A stretch of DNA of 64,000 nt from Tubulanus polymorphus (taxonomy: Eukaryota; Animalia; Nemertea). The translations under genes were made by a program, and so were the position numbers. The stretch spans positions 3,613,814 to 3,677,813 of the forward strand of contig NC_134034.1 in NCBI RefSeq assembly GCF_964204645.1. Reading direction: 5' to 3'. Positions 63,204-64,000 of the stretch are shown here, piece by piece. Within the stretch, counting starts at the first letter, position 1. Every line of letters begins with the position of its first letter. Below the pieces are notes generated by a model. It saw only the letters and a program-made list of their open reading frames with translations. It made no database searches and had not been told where the DNA came from.

Positions 63204-63985
63204 TCAGTCCGTCATTTCGAAATAATCGAAATAATCCACTTTCTTTTCGACCCTTTTCGTTTTCATCAAATCGTGATTGGAATCGAAGGGCGTCAATCCC
63301 GAGATATTCGTGCTTTGTTTACTCGCTTGCGCAGCTGTTCTGTAAAACAATAAAAGAACAAATTACTCCACAGGGCTCGACGGAAACAATGCTCACTTGG
63401 GAGCTGGAAATGGTTGACGATCTGAATAGTTCAGTAATCGGAATGATTAGAAAATCCCCGGGCCCGGTTTTATAGGCAGGTATAATCTTTAAACCCGGGG
63501 GTTAACTCATTTGAACAAGAATTGGGTTAACCCCCGGCTTAAAGATAATACCAGTCTATAAAACTGAGCCCTAGGCCTAGTTTCAGGAAAAATTTAACTC
63601 AAATTTTTGGTCCAATTGCTATTGGTTACTTCATGTTTTCAATAAGGACAAAAATCCGCACTTTCTGACTTTTTTCACAAAACCGACCCCTGGTGAATGC
63701 AAACACAATGTCCTTGAAATTGGCCGCAATGATATAGAATCATCCTCACTTGCCAGGGTCCAGTATCACTCCCGAACTCGCTTCCACCACCCCTCTGGCC
63801 TCATGAAGCGTGATTTCATTACTGGCGCTTTTGCGCATGACGTCATATATCGATTTGCGAAATACTTCCTTGTTCGGTAAAACGTTCGCTGATTGGTCAA
63901 TTAAAACGGGAAAACCAACAGGTTGGTACAACTGGAAGATTGGTACAACCGGATTCTGGTCGGCTAGTAACAACTCTAACGACTC
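63204..63985 (-). CDS. Last two coding exons (63985-63750, 63339-63204) of an unidentified gene continuing beyond the window
   Basis: ctcAG|ESLELLLADQNPVVPIFQLYQPVGFP...ILDPG AA|GTGAG and tttacAG|A ...TAAQASKQ...DYFDYFEMTD*. The phase-2 join is in frame. Confidence 0.65.
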
Positions 63986-64000
63986 CTGAGGTCAAGGGGT

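Overview
Eukaryotic (animal, probably lophotrochozoan invertebrate; this is inference) genomic DNA with spliceosomal introns and dense short repeats. Genes reconstructed by hand from splice sites and reading frame: (1) last two exons of a SWEET/SLC50A1 sugar transporter (+, 628-1670); (2) an intronless class-A peptide-receptor-like GPCR (-, 6730-7986) head-to-head with (3) a ~1930-aa three-exon GRL101-like LGR receptor (CUB-like, C-type lectin, LDLa, LRR, 7TM). The LGR sits in an ~8.5-8.9 kb tandem duplication that gives a second intact LGR and a truncated GPCR copy; (4) a polypeptide GalNAc-transferase (GALNT) with two duplicated, mutually exclusive first coding exons and ten shared exons (+, 26888-41491); (5) a frameshifted GPCR pseudogene flanked by two copies of an unidentified degenerate coding relic, possibly viral; (6) INSIG (-, 50931-54368) with a U12-type minor intron, a candidate N-terminal extension exon and an SRE-3/CCAAT-like promoter; (7) the 3' end of an unidentified gene (-, 63204-63985). 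Three minimal type-I hammerhead ribozyme motifs of the Penelope-like kind are present. Two lie in short fold-back insertions with 13-16 bp target-site duplications in which only one arm keeps an intact core. There are also many MITEs (piggyBac-, Tc1/pogo-, Harbinger-, MULE-like), a tRNA-derived SINE and several satellite arrays. No CRISPR, rRNA or bona fide tRNA gene was found.
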